Source: an uncultured bacterium
GTDB taxonomy: Bacteria > Bacteroidota > Bacteroidia > Cytophagales > Cyclobacteriaceae
Assembly: GCA_965372055.1 (NCBI GenBank)
Contig: CBDVAV010000001.1
Coordinates: 1-32,550 of the forward strand
Direction: 5' to 3'
DNA: 32,550 nucleotides
Shown here: one piece after another, positions 1 through 7,440 of the stretch
Numbering within the stretch: position 1 is the stretch's first letter
How the letters are laid out: the number at the start of each line of letters is the position of its first letter
The notes under the pieces: model-generated
Database searches by the model: none
The model's input: only the letters and a program-made list of their open reading frames with translations
What the model was told of the DNA's origin: nothing
Position numbers and translations under genes: made by a program

Positions 1-35
1 AAGTCATTCCTGCGAAGGCAGGAATCCAGAATAAC

Positions 36-206
36 ATGAATAAATATTTCGTTTACATCTTGACAAGTAAACGGAACGGGAATTTTTACATATGTATGAC
101 CAATGATGTTGAAAGACGGGTATATGAACATAAGGTGGGGATAATAAAGGATAAAAAGTTTATTGTAACGTTATTCCTGCGAAGGCAGCAATCCAGAGCA
201 ATATGA
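36..206 (+). pseudogene. GIY-YIG (UPF0213-like) nuclease, N-terminal fragment only
   Basis: Translates to MNKYFVYILTSKRNGNFYICMTNDVERRVYEHKVG, the GIY..YIG half of this family. It then runs into unrelated sequence and the hairpin repeat (..LFLRRQQSRAI*). Confidence 0.7.
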
Positions 207-334
207 ATAAATATTTCGTTTACATCTTGGCAAGTAAACGGAACGGCCCTCTTTACATAGGTATGACCAATGATGTTGAAAGACGGGTATATGAACATAA
301 GGTGGAAATAATAAGGATAAAAATATTATTGTAA
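203..334 (+). pseudogene. GIY-YIG nuclease, second N-terminal fragment (tandem copy)
   Basis: Translates to MNKYFVYILASKRNGPLYIGMTNDVERRVYEHKVE, followed by non-homologous IIRIKILL*. Confidence 0.7.
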
Positions 335-434
335 CGTCATTCCTGCCTTCGCAGGAATGACGTTAAAGCAAAAGTGTTAAAACTATGCATACATATCTTC
401 AAAAAATAATCAGTAGTAAGCATAAATAAGCAAA

Positions 435-1202
435 ATGAAACCAAGACCATACATTCTGGCAGAAACAAATTGGAAATTTGTTAAGGAAACCAACTTTAAT
501 GTGGCAGTTCTTCCATGGGGAGCTACTGAGGCCCACAATTATCATTTGCCCTACGGCACTGATAATTACCAGAGCGATTATATTGGTGAAAAAAGTGCAG
601 AATTAGCCTGGAAGAAAGGCGGGAAAGTAATTCTTTTGCCAACTGTTCCTTTTGGGGTAAATACCGGTCAACTGGATATAAAACTTTGCCTGAATATTAA
701 CCCTAGTACCCAATTCAGTATTCTAAAGGATCTGGTGAAGGTGCTGACAAATCATAATATCAAAAAGCTGGTGATCCTCAATGGCCATGGAGGAAATGAT
801 TTCAAGCCCTTGATCCGAGAGCTGTATGATACTTACCCAGAGGTTTTTATTTGTTGTGTTAACTGGTACCAGGCCACCAACCTCAAAGACTATTTTGATG
901 AACCCGGTGATCATGCCGGCGAAATGGAAACCAGTAACATGATGCACATCACCCCGGAGTGGGTATTACCTCTTGAGGAAGCAGGCAGCGGTAAAGCAAA
1001 GAATTTCAGATTTGATGCATTCAAAGAAGGGTGGGCCTATTCACAAAGATTGTGGACAAAAATAACCGAGGATACAGGCGTGGGCAATCCCAAAGGAGCA
1101 TCCGCCGAAAAAGGTGTAAAGCACCTGGATGCTTGTGTAGGGAAAATTGGAAATTTCCTGTTCGAGTTGTCCGAAACTGAGTTGGAGGATTTGTACGAGT
1201 AG
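435..1202 (+). CDS. Creatininase (creatinine amidohydrolase) family protein
   Basis: 255-aa ORF with the N-terminal PWGATEAHNYHLPYGTDN motif and a later LNGHGGN...GDHAGEMETS metal-ligand pattern typical of the family. Confidence 0.8.
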   Translation: MKPRPYILAETNWKFVKETNFNVAVLPWGATEAHNYHLPYGTDNYQSDYIGEKSAELAWKKGGKVILLPTVPFGVNTGQLDIKLCLNINPSTQFSILKDLVKVLTNHNIKKLVILNGHGGNDFKPLIRELYDTYPEVFICCVNWYQATNLKDYFDEPGDHAGEMETSNMMHITPEWVLPLEEAGSGKAKNFRFDAFKEGWAYSQRLWTKITEDTGVGNPKGASAEKGVKHLDACVGKIGNFLFELSETELEDLYE

Positions 1203-1238
1203 GTAATCTTAGAGATCCATAATCCTTACCCCCTTTAC

Positions 1239-2666
1239 CTACTCTACACTTAAATTTTCCAGATATAACTTTTTATTAATAAAATCAATTTCCATGGTCT
1301 TAAATTGACTAAAGAAGCTCATCCCTAACAGAATCCCACTTTTTTCAAGTCCCATCCTTTTGGTAGCAAATAAGCTGGAAATGATCAATAACGGGACATC
1401 CTTAAATAAATCATTTTCAATCTTAATTTCTGAAATTTGCCCCTCGATGGCATCCGATTTTTCACCACTGAGTCCACCAACACCACTATTACCAATAGTT
1501 GAGTATTCAATGTGGTTATTGACAACCAAACTACTTGCAATCACCGATCTTCTGGCACCAATATCAATAAGGAAATCTATTGGGACATCTTGTATTACAC
1601 CTTTTATGAACAGAAGATTATACGCGGTATTTAATGAAAAATTATGATCAAATGAGTTTATATCTCTGTCTTCCTGGTTCATAAACTTAACCATACCCCT
1701 TTCTTCATTAATTCTCTCTATCCTAATAATTTCTGCTTGTTTCAAAATTTCAATACCAATAACACCAATGATATGATGTTTTTGAAGGAATTCCGGAAAA
1801 TCCCTTAATACACTTATTTCAAGATCAACTAGCTTTATGTCGCCCATCTCAAATGATGAAAGTTGAGCAACCCCTAAAAAATTATCATCTTCAACTACTC
1901 CTGTAGCCGCCAACATTTGGCCTTTATTTTCGGTTGATCCTTCTTTGGAATAAGCAATTGAAGTCAATTTGGAAATCTTTATGTTTTCTGGCAAAGCCCT
2001 TTGTATGAGAACAAGACCTCCTGAAGCCCCGGTGTCAAGTATATATTTCCCAACCTTACCACTTGGAAGTTTAGCCTCAACCACTATCCAACTATCGATT
2101 TTCTCAAATGGTACACTCCCTGATATTACTTTAGTTGGGATGTTTATTCTTGTTTCCAGTGTAATTGAATAATCATTTGAATCCATGGGGATCATTCCTC
2201 CAAATATATCTATTACAGGACCGTCATCTTCGTTAATAACATCATAATTATCAATAATAAATGCCTGTTTATAGCCTTTTCCATTAATAACATTCACCCT
2301 TATCTGGTACTTTTTAAGATCATCATATAAAATAGAAGGGTATGATTTTTCTTCCCCATCGCCTGTTTTATATGTTATGTGTAGTGTGCCATTACTGTTT
2401 TTAACAATGATTGCTCCTTCTCTGTCCGATGGTTTGACAAAATTCGCAGCTTTCCCTTCGCTTAGTGGAAGAATAGTGGTGATTATGGAAGGATCAGTTA
2501 ATATCTTGATTTGATCTTTTTCAATATGTATTTTTTCAAAGACCACTTCATTAGCATGTTCTTTGACAACAATTATTGTGATACCTTTTCCTGATAGTTT
2601 TTGGGCATTACAGATTTGTCCACTCAAGAAAAGCCCCAAAAGCAAAAGTCCTAATGCAAATTTCAT
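1239..2666 (-). CDS. Secreted protein with two retropepsin-like aspartyl protease domains
   Basis: Start moved to MKFALGLLLLGLFLSGQICNAQ (signal peptide). There are two D-[TI]-G-A motifs, YILDTGASGGLVL and FLIDIGARRSVI, each in a ~100-aa retropepsin-like context. Confidence 0.65.
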   Translation of the reverse strand: MKFALGLLLLGLFLSGQICNAQKLSGKGITIIVVKEHANEVVFEKIHIEKDQIKILTDPSIITTILPLSEGKAANFVKPSDREGAIIVKNSNGTLHITYKTGDGEEKSYPSILYDDLKKYQIRVNVINGKGYKQAFIIDNYDVINEDDGPVIDIFGGMIPMDSNDYSITLETRINIPTKVISGSVPFEKIDSWIVVEAKLPSGKVGKYILDTGASGGLVLIQRALPENIKISKLTSIAYSKEGSTENKGQMLAATGVVEDDNFLGVAQLSSFEMGDIKLVDLEISVLRDFPEFLQKHHIIGVIGIEILKQAEIIRIERINEERGMVKFMNQEDRDINSFDHNFSLNTAYNLLFIKGVIQDVPIDFLIDIGARRSVIASSLVVNNHIEYSTIGNSGVGGLSGEKSDAIEGQISEIKIENDLFKDVPLLIISSLFATKRMGLEKSGILLGMSFFSQFKTMEIDFINKKLYLENLSVE

Positions 2667-2771
2667 TATATCATATATGTTTATGATGGCAATATATAGA
2701 AGGTGATGCAATTAAATACTAGAAGTATAGTTAAGAAGTGTTAACAATAGTTAATAACAGTTAAACTGGAT

Positions 2772-2807
2772 TGTCTGAAACTGAATTAGAGGATTTGTAC
2801 AAGTAGG
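2772..2807 (+). pseudogene. Displaced copy of the last 11 codons plus stop of the creatininase-family gene
   Basis: tgtctgaaactgaattagaggatttgtacaagtagg matches 1168-1203 (tgtccgaaactgagttggaggatttgtacgagtagg). It encodes LSETELEDLYK* against LSETELEDLYE*. Confidence 0.75.
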
Positions 2808-2886
2808 AAGGGTATAGGTTTTAATACAATGTTTATAAGGATTTATACTTAGGAAATAAATCTTCACTAATATAGCAGCACACCAC

Positions 2887-2929
2887 AAGTCATTCCTGCC
2901 CCGTAATAAATACGGGGCAGGAATGACTT
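2887..2929. repeat. Perfect 19-bp-stem hairpin, an extended member of the gtcattcctgc...gcaggaatgac palindromic repeat family
   Basis: aagtcattcctgccccgta - ataaa - tacggggcaggaatgactt. The arms are exact reverse complements. No flanking T-run on either strand. Confidence 0.9.
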
Positions 2930-3037
2930 CAGGAGAAGCTGTGGAGTTTCTTAAACATTCCTTCATTATACTACTCATTTCTCCATATTTTACTTTGGAT
3001 CTCAGGTCAACTGATAACAAATGCAACCCATGTACTT

Positions 3038-5431
3038 CTAGCGACTCAGCCACACTTTCATCTCCTCGCTGGCCTCCAATTTTTCTATCTCTGCCCGGGC
3101 CTTTTCTACTTGTTCCCGACCTTGCTGAATGATCTGTTGAAATCTGGGGTCATCCCACAGGCTTTCCAAAGGTGGATCATACAAGGCGAAATCGTGCAGC
3201 CCATCACCAAAGCCAAAATTTCCATAATGTTCCAGCCATTTCAAAGCCTCATCCTTGTCACCTAGTTGGGCATATACTTTGGCCAGTTCGTAGCCAATTC
3301 CTTTTGCCCACTGTCTTTTCCTGGCCACTACTTCCAGCAGGAAGTCCCTGATCTCGATCAAGTTTTGATGGGCCTCTTCCTCTTTTCCATTTTGTTTTAA
3401 TACATAACTGTACATGTGTTTATCGTTATACCCTTGAATTCTAATTACATCAGGTGAGCTGTCGTACAATTGTCTAAAATACTTTTCCGATTCATGGTAG
3501 TTGCCATTCATCATATTAATGATGGCCAGATGATACAGTACCTGGCCTTCAGGATTGATAGCTTTCAATTTTTCAGCAATGGGCAGGTTCTGTTTAAATT
3601 TTCCCTGGCAACGGTTAGTGTGAGCTAATCCTCCATAAGCTAGCACATGATCAGGTTGAATCTTTATCACTTCATTAAAATAATGCTCCGCTTTTTCGTA
3701 GTCTCCAACACTTAAGTAAAGCCGTGCGAATTGCATATAAAGTTCTGTTAACTCAGATCCTTTGATCAATGGCGAGGCTCTTACCAGCAATCTGAAGCGA
3801 ACTGAAAAATTATTTTCTAGGAAGTGAATATCGGCCAGTTGTAACATGGCCTCAGTATAGTTAGGGTTGATTTCCAGCGCCTGATCTAGGTCTTCCAGGG
3901 CTTGGGTTTTGGAGTTGGCAATCCAGTAGTAGTACTGACCTCGGAGGGTATAGGCCTCAGCAAGATTAGGATCTATTTCCAGTGCCCGGTTGCAAAGCAT
4001 CAACATGGAATCCAGTGGTTGCTCATCCAGGTATTCCCTAAAAAAATTTCTATCATAATAAACTTCGGCCAAACCGGCATAGGCCAGCGCAAAATTGGGA
4101 TCAGCTTCCAGGGCACGACGATACAGGCTTACTGCATTTTCGTAATCCTGGTTTTCGGTCTTGTTGTGGTATCGCTTGGCATATTGCTTTCCCCTTATAT
4201 AATATTCGTATGCTTCAGTGCTTTCCGTTGCCAAGGTTGTTAATCCTGATACTTCTTCTGGGGATATCTTTAATTTCAGTTGACTCACAATCTCTTCAGC
4301 TATCTTTCTTTGAATATCAAAAATACCCCGCGTGGTGTATTCTGAAGTGAAGTTATCTGCCCAAATATGCCTGTCATCATCTGTACTTATTAGCTGTGCG
4401 GTAATCATTATCTGGTCTTCTGATTTACGTACACTTCCTACTAATAAGTAACTTACTTTCAACTCTGTACCTATTTCATTAGCTGGTTTTTTCGTGTCCC
4501 GGTATTGTTCCACGGAGGTTCTTGAAATTACCCTTAGTTCTCCCATCTTCTGTAAGTTTGTAAGGATGTCTTCCATTACTCCATCAGCGAAATATTGTTG
4601 GTCTCCTTGCGGGCTCATGTCCGCAAAAGGAATTACTGCAATTGATTTATCAATTATCTTTACTGTTTCACTATCCTTTTGGTTATTATAAAAGAAATAA
4701 GCTAAAGCAAGGATTAGAATTACACCTATGGAAGCTAAAAGGATTTTGCTCTTGTTTTTTGGTTTTGATTCTATTGAAGGAGAAGCGATTGTAGATGTTG
4801 ATTGGACTCCTTCTTTTTCAATCTTGAAAGAATCTCCAATTTTCAGTCCTGATACTATCTCTTGTATAGCATTTGCTACTTTGTTGATTTGATTGCGATA
4901 ATTAGTCCTATTCAGATTATCTTCTTTGTTGTCCTCCGGTTTGAGTGGTCTGTTTACCCCTGGCTCTTGATATACAAAATCAATTGATCTTAAAAAGCCA
5001 ACCTCATCTTCTACTAACTGTCTATCTGCATCACTAATATCATGAATCCTTATAGGTAAAACCCTACTTGCAGTATTGCCATTTGGAAGTTCTACTTTCA
5101 AACCATGATCGTCAGCTTCCGCCATTTTATTGAATGCCAAAAATTCATTAGTCCAGGCGAAGCTATTGGGGTCACAGTAGGTTTTAGATATGATGGGGAT
5201 AAAGATTAAACACTTTAATTTCTTAGCTAAGGAATCATCTACATCATGAGTTTCCAGTAAACCATCGTATGGGTTTTCATCAAAATAGATGGAGATGTAT
5301 TCTTTGAAAGTAGCTTCAATCTCACTCTTTAATGTATTGATAAACTCTGTAACCCATCCATCCAGTTTGTTATCCTTCTGGCGATAACTGATGAAGATGT
5401 CATATTCGTAGCCTGGGATAATTGAAGGCAT
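3038..5431 (-). CDS. TIR domain - single TM - TolB-N-like module - TPR repeat protein (paralog 1)
   Basis: 797-aa ORF. The N-terminus YDIFISYRQKDN...LIFIPIISKTYCDPNSFAWTNEFLAF is TIR-like. One hydrophobic helix ILLASIGVILILALAYFFY spans aa 230-248 (nt 4688-4744). KSIAVIPFADMSPQGDQQYFADGVMEDILTNL follows, then ~400 aa of TPR-like repeats. Confidence 0.85.
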   Translation of the reverse strand: MPSIIPGYEYDIFISYRQKDNKLDGWVTEFINTLKSEIEATFKEYISIYFDENPYDGLLETHDVDDSLAKKLKCLIFIPIISKTYCDPNSFAWTNEFLAFNKMAEADDHGLKVELPNGNTASRVLPIRIHDISDADRQLVEDEVGFLRSIDFVYQEPGVNRPLKPEDNKEDNLNRTNYRNQINKVANAIQEIVSGLKIGDSFKIEKEGVQSTSTIASPSIESKPKNKSKILLASIGVILILALAYFFYNNQKDSETVKIIDKSIAVIPFADMSPQGDQQYFADGVMEDILTNLQKMGELRVISRTSVEQYRDTKKPANEIGTELKVSYLLVGSVRKSEDQIMITAQLISTDDDRHIWADNFTSEYTTRGIFDIQRKIAEEIVSQLKLKISPEEVSGLTTLATESTEAYEYYIRGKQYAKRYHNKTENQDYENAVSLYRRALEADPNFALAYAGLAEVYYDRNFFREYLDEQPLDSMLMLCNRALEIDPNLAEAYTLRGQYYYWIANSKTQALEDLDQALEINPNYTEAMLQLADIHFLENNFSVRFRLLVRASPLIKGSELTELYMQFARLYLSVGDYEKAEHYFNEVIKIQPDHVLAYGGLAHTNRCQGKFKQNLPIAEKLKAINPEGQVLYHLAIINMMNGNYHESEKYFRQLYDSSPDVIRIQGYNDKHMYSYVLKQNGKEEEAHQNLIEIRDFLLEVVARKRQWAKGIGYELAKVYAQLGDKDEALKWLEHYGNFGFGDGLHDFALYDPPLESLWDDPRFQQIIQQGREQVEKARAEIEKLEASEEMKVWLSR

Positions 5432-5566
5432 AGGGTTCTAATTGCTCTAATTAAGGAGTGAAATTACGATTTTTCTACTGATTTTTATAATCAATGATAT
5501 ATCAGGTATCAACATTTTCTTTACCTTGTCTATTGATTAACTTCATCTTGAATTAACACTCGCATC

Positions 5567-6889
5567 ATGGAGAATAAAACAAATAATATCACGTTGAATC
5601 AATTGCCAAATGGAAACAGGAGAGATTTTGTAAAAAAGAGTGGCCTGGCTGCTGCATCTTTAATTGTTGCCCCTTTTTTGACAAATGCTAAACAACAGCA
5701 CCCTGTACTATGGAAGCAGTTTCCCGAAATAAACGATGATGATTACCTGTGGAAATGGGTACAGAATTCATACACGGTTTCGTCAACGGTATCAAATTTT
5801 AACAATGGATCTGTGAGCCCACAGCCCAAAGTGGTACAGGAAGTGTTTGAATTTTATAACCGGTTGTTCAATGAAACACCCTCACGCTACATGTGGAGCA
5901 GCCAAGATAAGGTAGAGTCCGTGAGAGAGAAACTGGCGGAGATTGGCGGCTGCGAGGCAGACGAGTTGGCAATTAACAGAAACACAACAGAGGCCATCAA
6001 TACTATAATTTGGGGATTGAACCTGAACCAGGGAGATGAAGTTGTACTCTCGGAACAAGATTATTCCACGGTAATGAAAACCTGGGAGCAGTAGGAAAAA
6101 AGGCATGGCATTGTCTTAAAATATATCTCCTTTGACCTTCCGGTGGAAGATGAAACCCTGATTGTGAATACTTATGTCGCTGCAGTAACTTCAAAGACCA
6201 AGGTAGTGACCATCACCCATGTGAACAACCTCAACGGTAATGTTATGCCAGTGAAAGCCATCGCTGATGCGGTAAAAAAGAAAAACCCCAAAGTACAGGT
6301 GCTGGTGGATGGTGCCCATGCATTCGCCCACATCGATTTTAATATCTCCGACCTCAATTGCGAATTTTATGGGGCCAGTTTGCACAAATGGTTGTGTGCC
6401 CCATTCGGGACGGGATTATTATATATTAAGAGAAGTGTGATAAAAGATATCTGGCCTTTGTTTCCTTATATGGATCCCCAATCAGGCGATATCAGGAAGT
6501 TTGAAACTTTAGGCACACGCATGTTACCGGCAGAACTTTCCATTGCCAGGGCCTTAGATTTCCAGGAAACCATCCAGATAAAGCGCAAAGAGAAACGATT
6601 GCGCTACTTAAAAGATTATTGGATCCAAAGAGTGGCCGAGATACCCAATGTGGTAGTAAAAACTTCCATGAAACCGGAATTTTCCTGTGCTTTGGGATCT
6701 TTTTCCCTCAAAAATATGGATCATGGTGAATTAAGTATCCGACTTTTAAAAGAGTATCATATTCACACTACCTACAAAGCAGACAAGCACAAGAAGTTTG
6801 AAGGAATGAGGATCACCCCTCATGTTTATACCAGGATCTCTGAATTGGATAGATTGGTGAAGGGCATAAAGGAGTTGGCTAAAGTCTGA
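5567..6889 (+). pseudogene. Class-V (isopenicillin-N-epimerase / cysteine-desulfurase-like) PLP aminotransferase with a Tat signal, interrupted by one in-frame TAG at 6092-6094
   Basis: ORFs 5567..6094 and 6143..6889 are in the same frame. Read-through gives ..TWEQ*EKRHGIVLKYISFDLPVEDETL.. The N-terminus is NRRDFVKKSGLAAASLIVAPF, and an ASLHKW PLP-lysine context is present. Confidence 0.8.
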
Positions 6890-6904
6890 ATTTTTAAAGG
6901 ACTT

Positions 6905-6960
6905 CTGGTAATGTTGGTAAGGTCAAAACTTTGGGAACGCGTATGTTTCCGGAGGTACTG
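6905..6960 (+). pseudogene. Short diverged fragment homologous to an internal part of the aminotransferase
   Basis: Translates to SGNVGKVKTLGTRMFPEVL, against SGDIRKFETLGTRMLPAEL encoded at 6484-6540. Confidence 0.6.
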
Positions 6961-7316
6961 TGCATGTAAGGATGAACAAGCTGGAAGTTTTTGGAATAGT
7001 AAAAGGTACAACCCTGGACCTGGACCCCACGAACCCTGGCTATGATATCACTGCTTTTCTGGGAATCTACCTGAAGAAAAGCTCTTTGTATGACCCTGTA
7101 CTGGAACAGCTTGAAAAAATACCTGAAATCACTAACATCCATTATACTACAGGTAACTACAGTATGTTTGTCAAGCTTTATTGCAGGGATACCCAGCACC
7201 TGAAAGAAGTGCTGCATGAATAAGATTCAAAAAGTGAGGGAAATATCCAGGACTGAGATTATATATCGCTTGAAGAAAGCCTAAATAGGCATATTCATTT
7301 GACGATTGATGGTTGA
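6960..7316 (+). pseudogene. Lrp/AsnC-family regulator lacking the N-terminal HTH and carrying frameshifts near the 3' end
   Basis: The ligand-binding half is recognisable: GYDITAFLGIYLKK..IHYTTGNYSMFVKLYCRDTQHLKEVLHE. The tail NKIQKVREISRTE / ISLEESLNRHIHLTIDG* is only readable after frame changes. The intact tail copy at 13757-13866 serves as reference. Confidence 0.7.
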
Positions 7317-7317
7317 T

Positions 7318-7340
7318 AATTAGTAATTAGTAATTAGTAA
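7318..7340. repeat. Heptanucleotide microsatellite (aattagt) x3 plus a partial unit
   Basis: Direct reading gives aattagt aattagt aattagt aa. Confidence 0.9.
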
Positions 7341-7440
7341 TCACTAGTTAGTAGAATGTGATTTTGGAATTTTGTACATGCACTTTCTATGTGTATAGTT
7401 TTATAAACTAAGAACTGACAACGGACAACCGAGAACTGAA

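Larger units (their letters stand above)
1..365 (+). repeat. Two tandem ~167-bp units, each a palindromic cattcctgcgaaggcaggaat hairpin plus the 5' fragment of a GIY-YIG nuclease gene. The array is closed by a 15-bp-stem palindrome at 332-365.
   Basis: The ATGs at 36 and 203 are 167 bp apart and are followed by near-identical sequence. Hairpins lie at 6-25, 173-192 (degenerate) and 332-365 (taacgtcattcctgc cttc gcaggaatgacgtta). The left end may be cut by the window edge. Confidence 0.8.

Noticed and set aside
86-298. 70-aa minus-strand ORF
   Set aside because: It is antisense to the tandem GIY-YIG fragments and spans the repeat junction, so it is an artefact of the duplicated sequence.
2751-3132. 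ORFs 2751..3053 (-) and 2923..3132 (+)
   Set aside because: Both are built around the 19-bp hairpin, the displaced creatininase fragment and the antisense of the TIR gene 3' end. Neither has coding features.
3902-4243. Antisense shadow ORFs inside long genes (for example 3902..4243, 9059..9325, 17600..17962, 18017..18376, 23406..23924, 25118..25582, 27321..27737)
   Set aside because: Each lies fully within a well-supported gene on the opposite strand and has low-complexity, motif-free translations.
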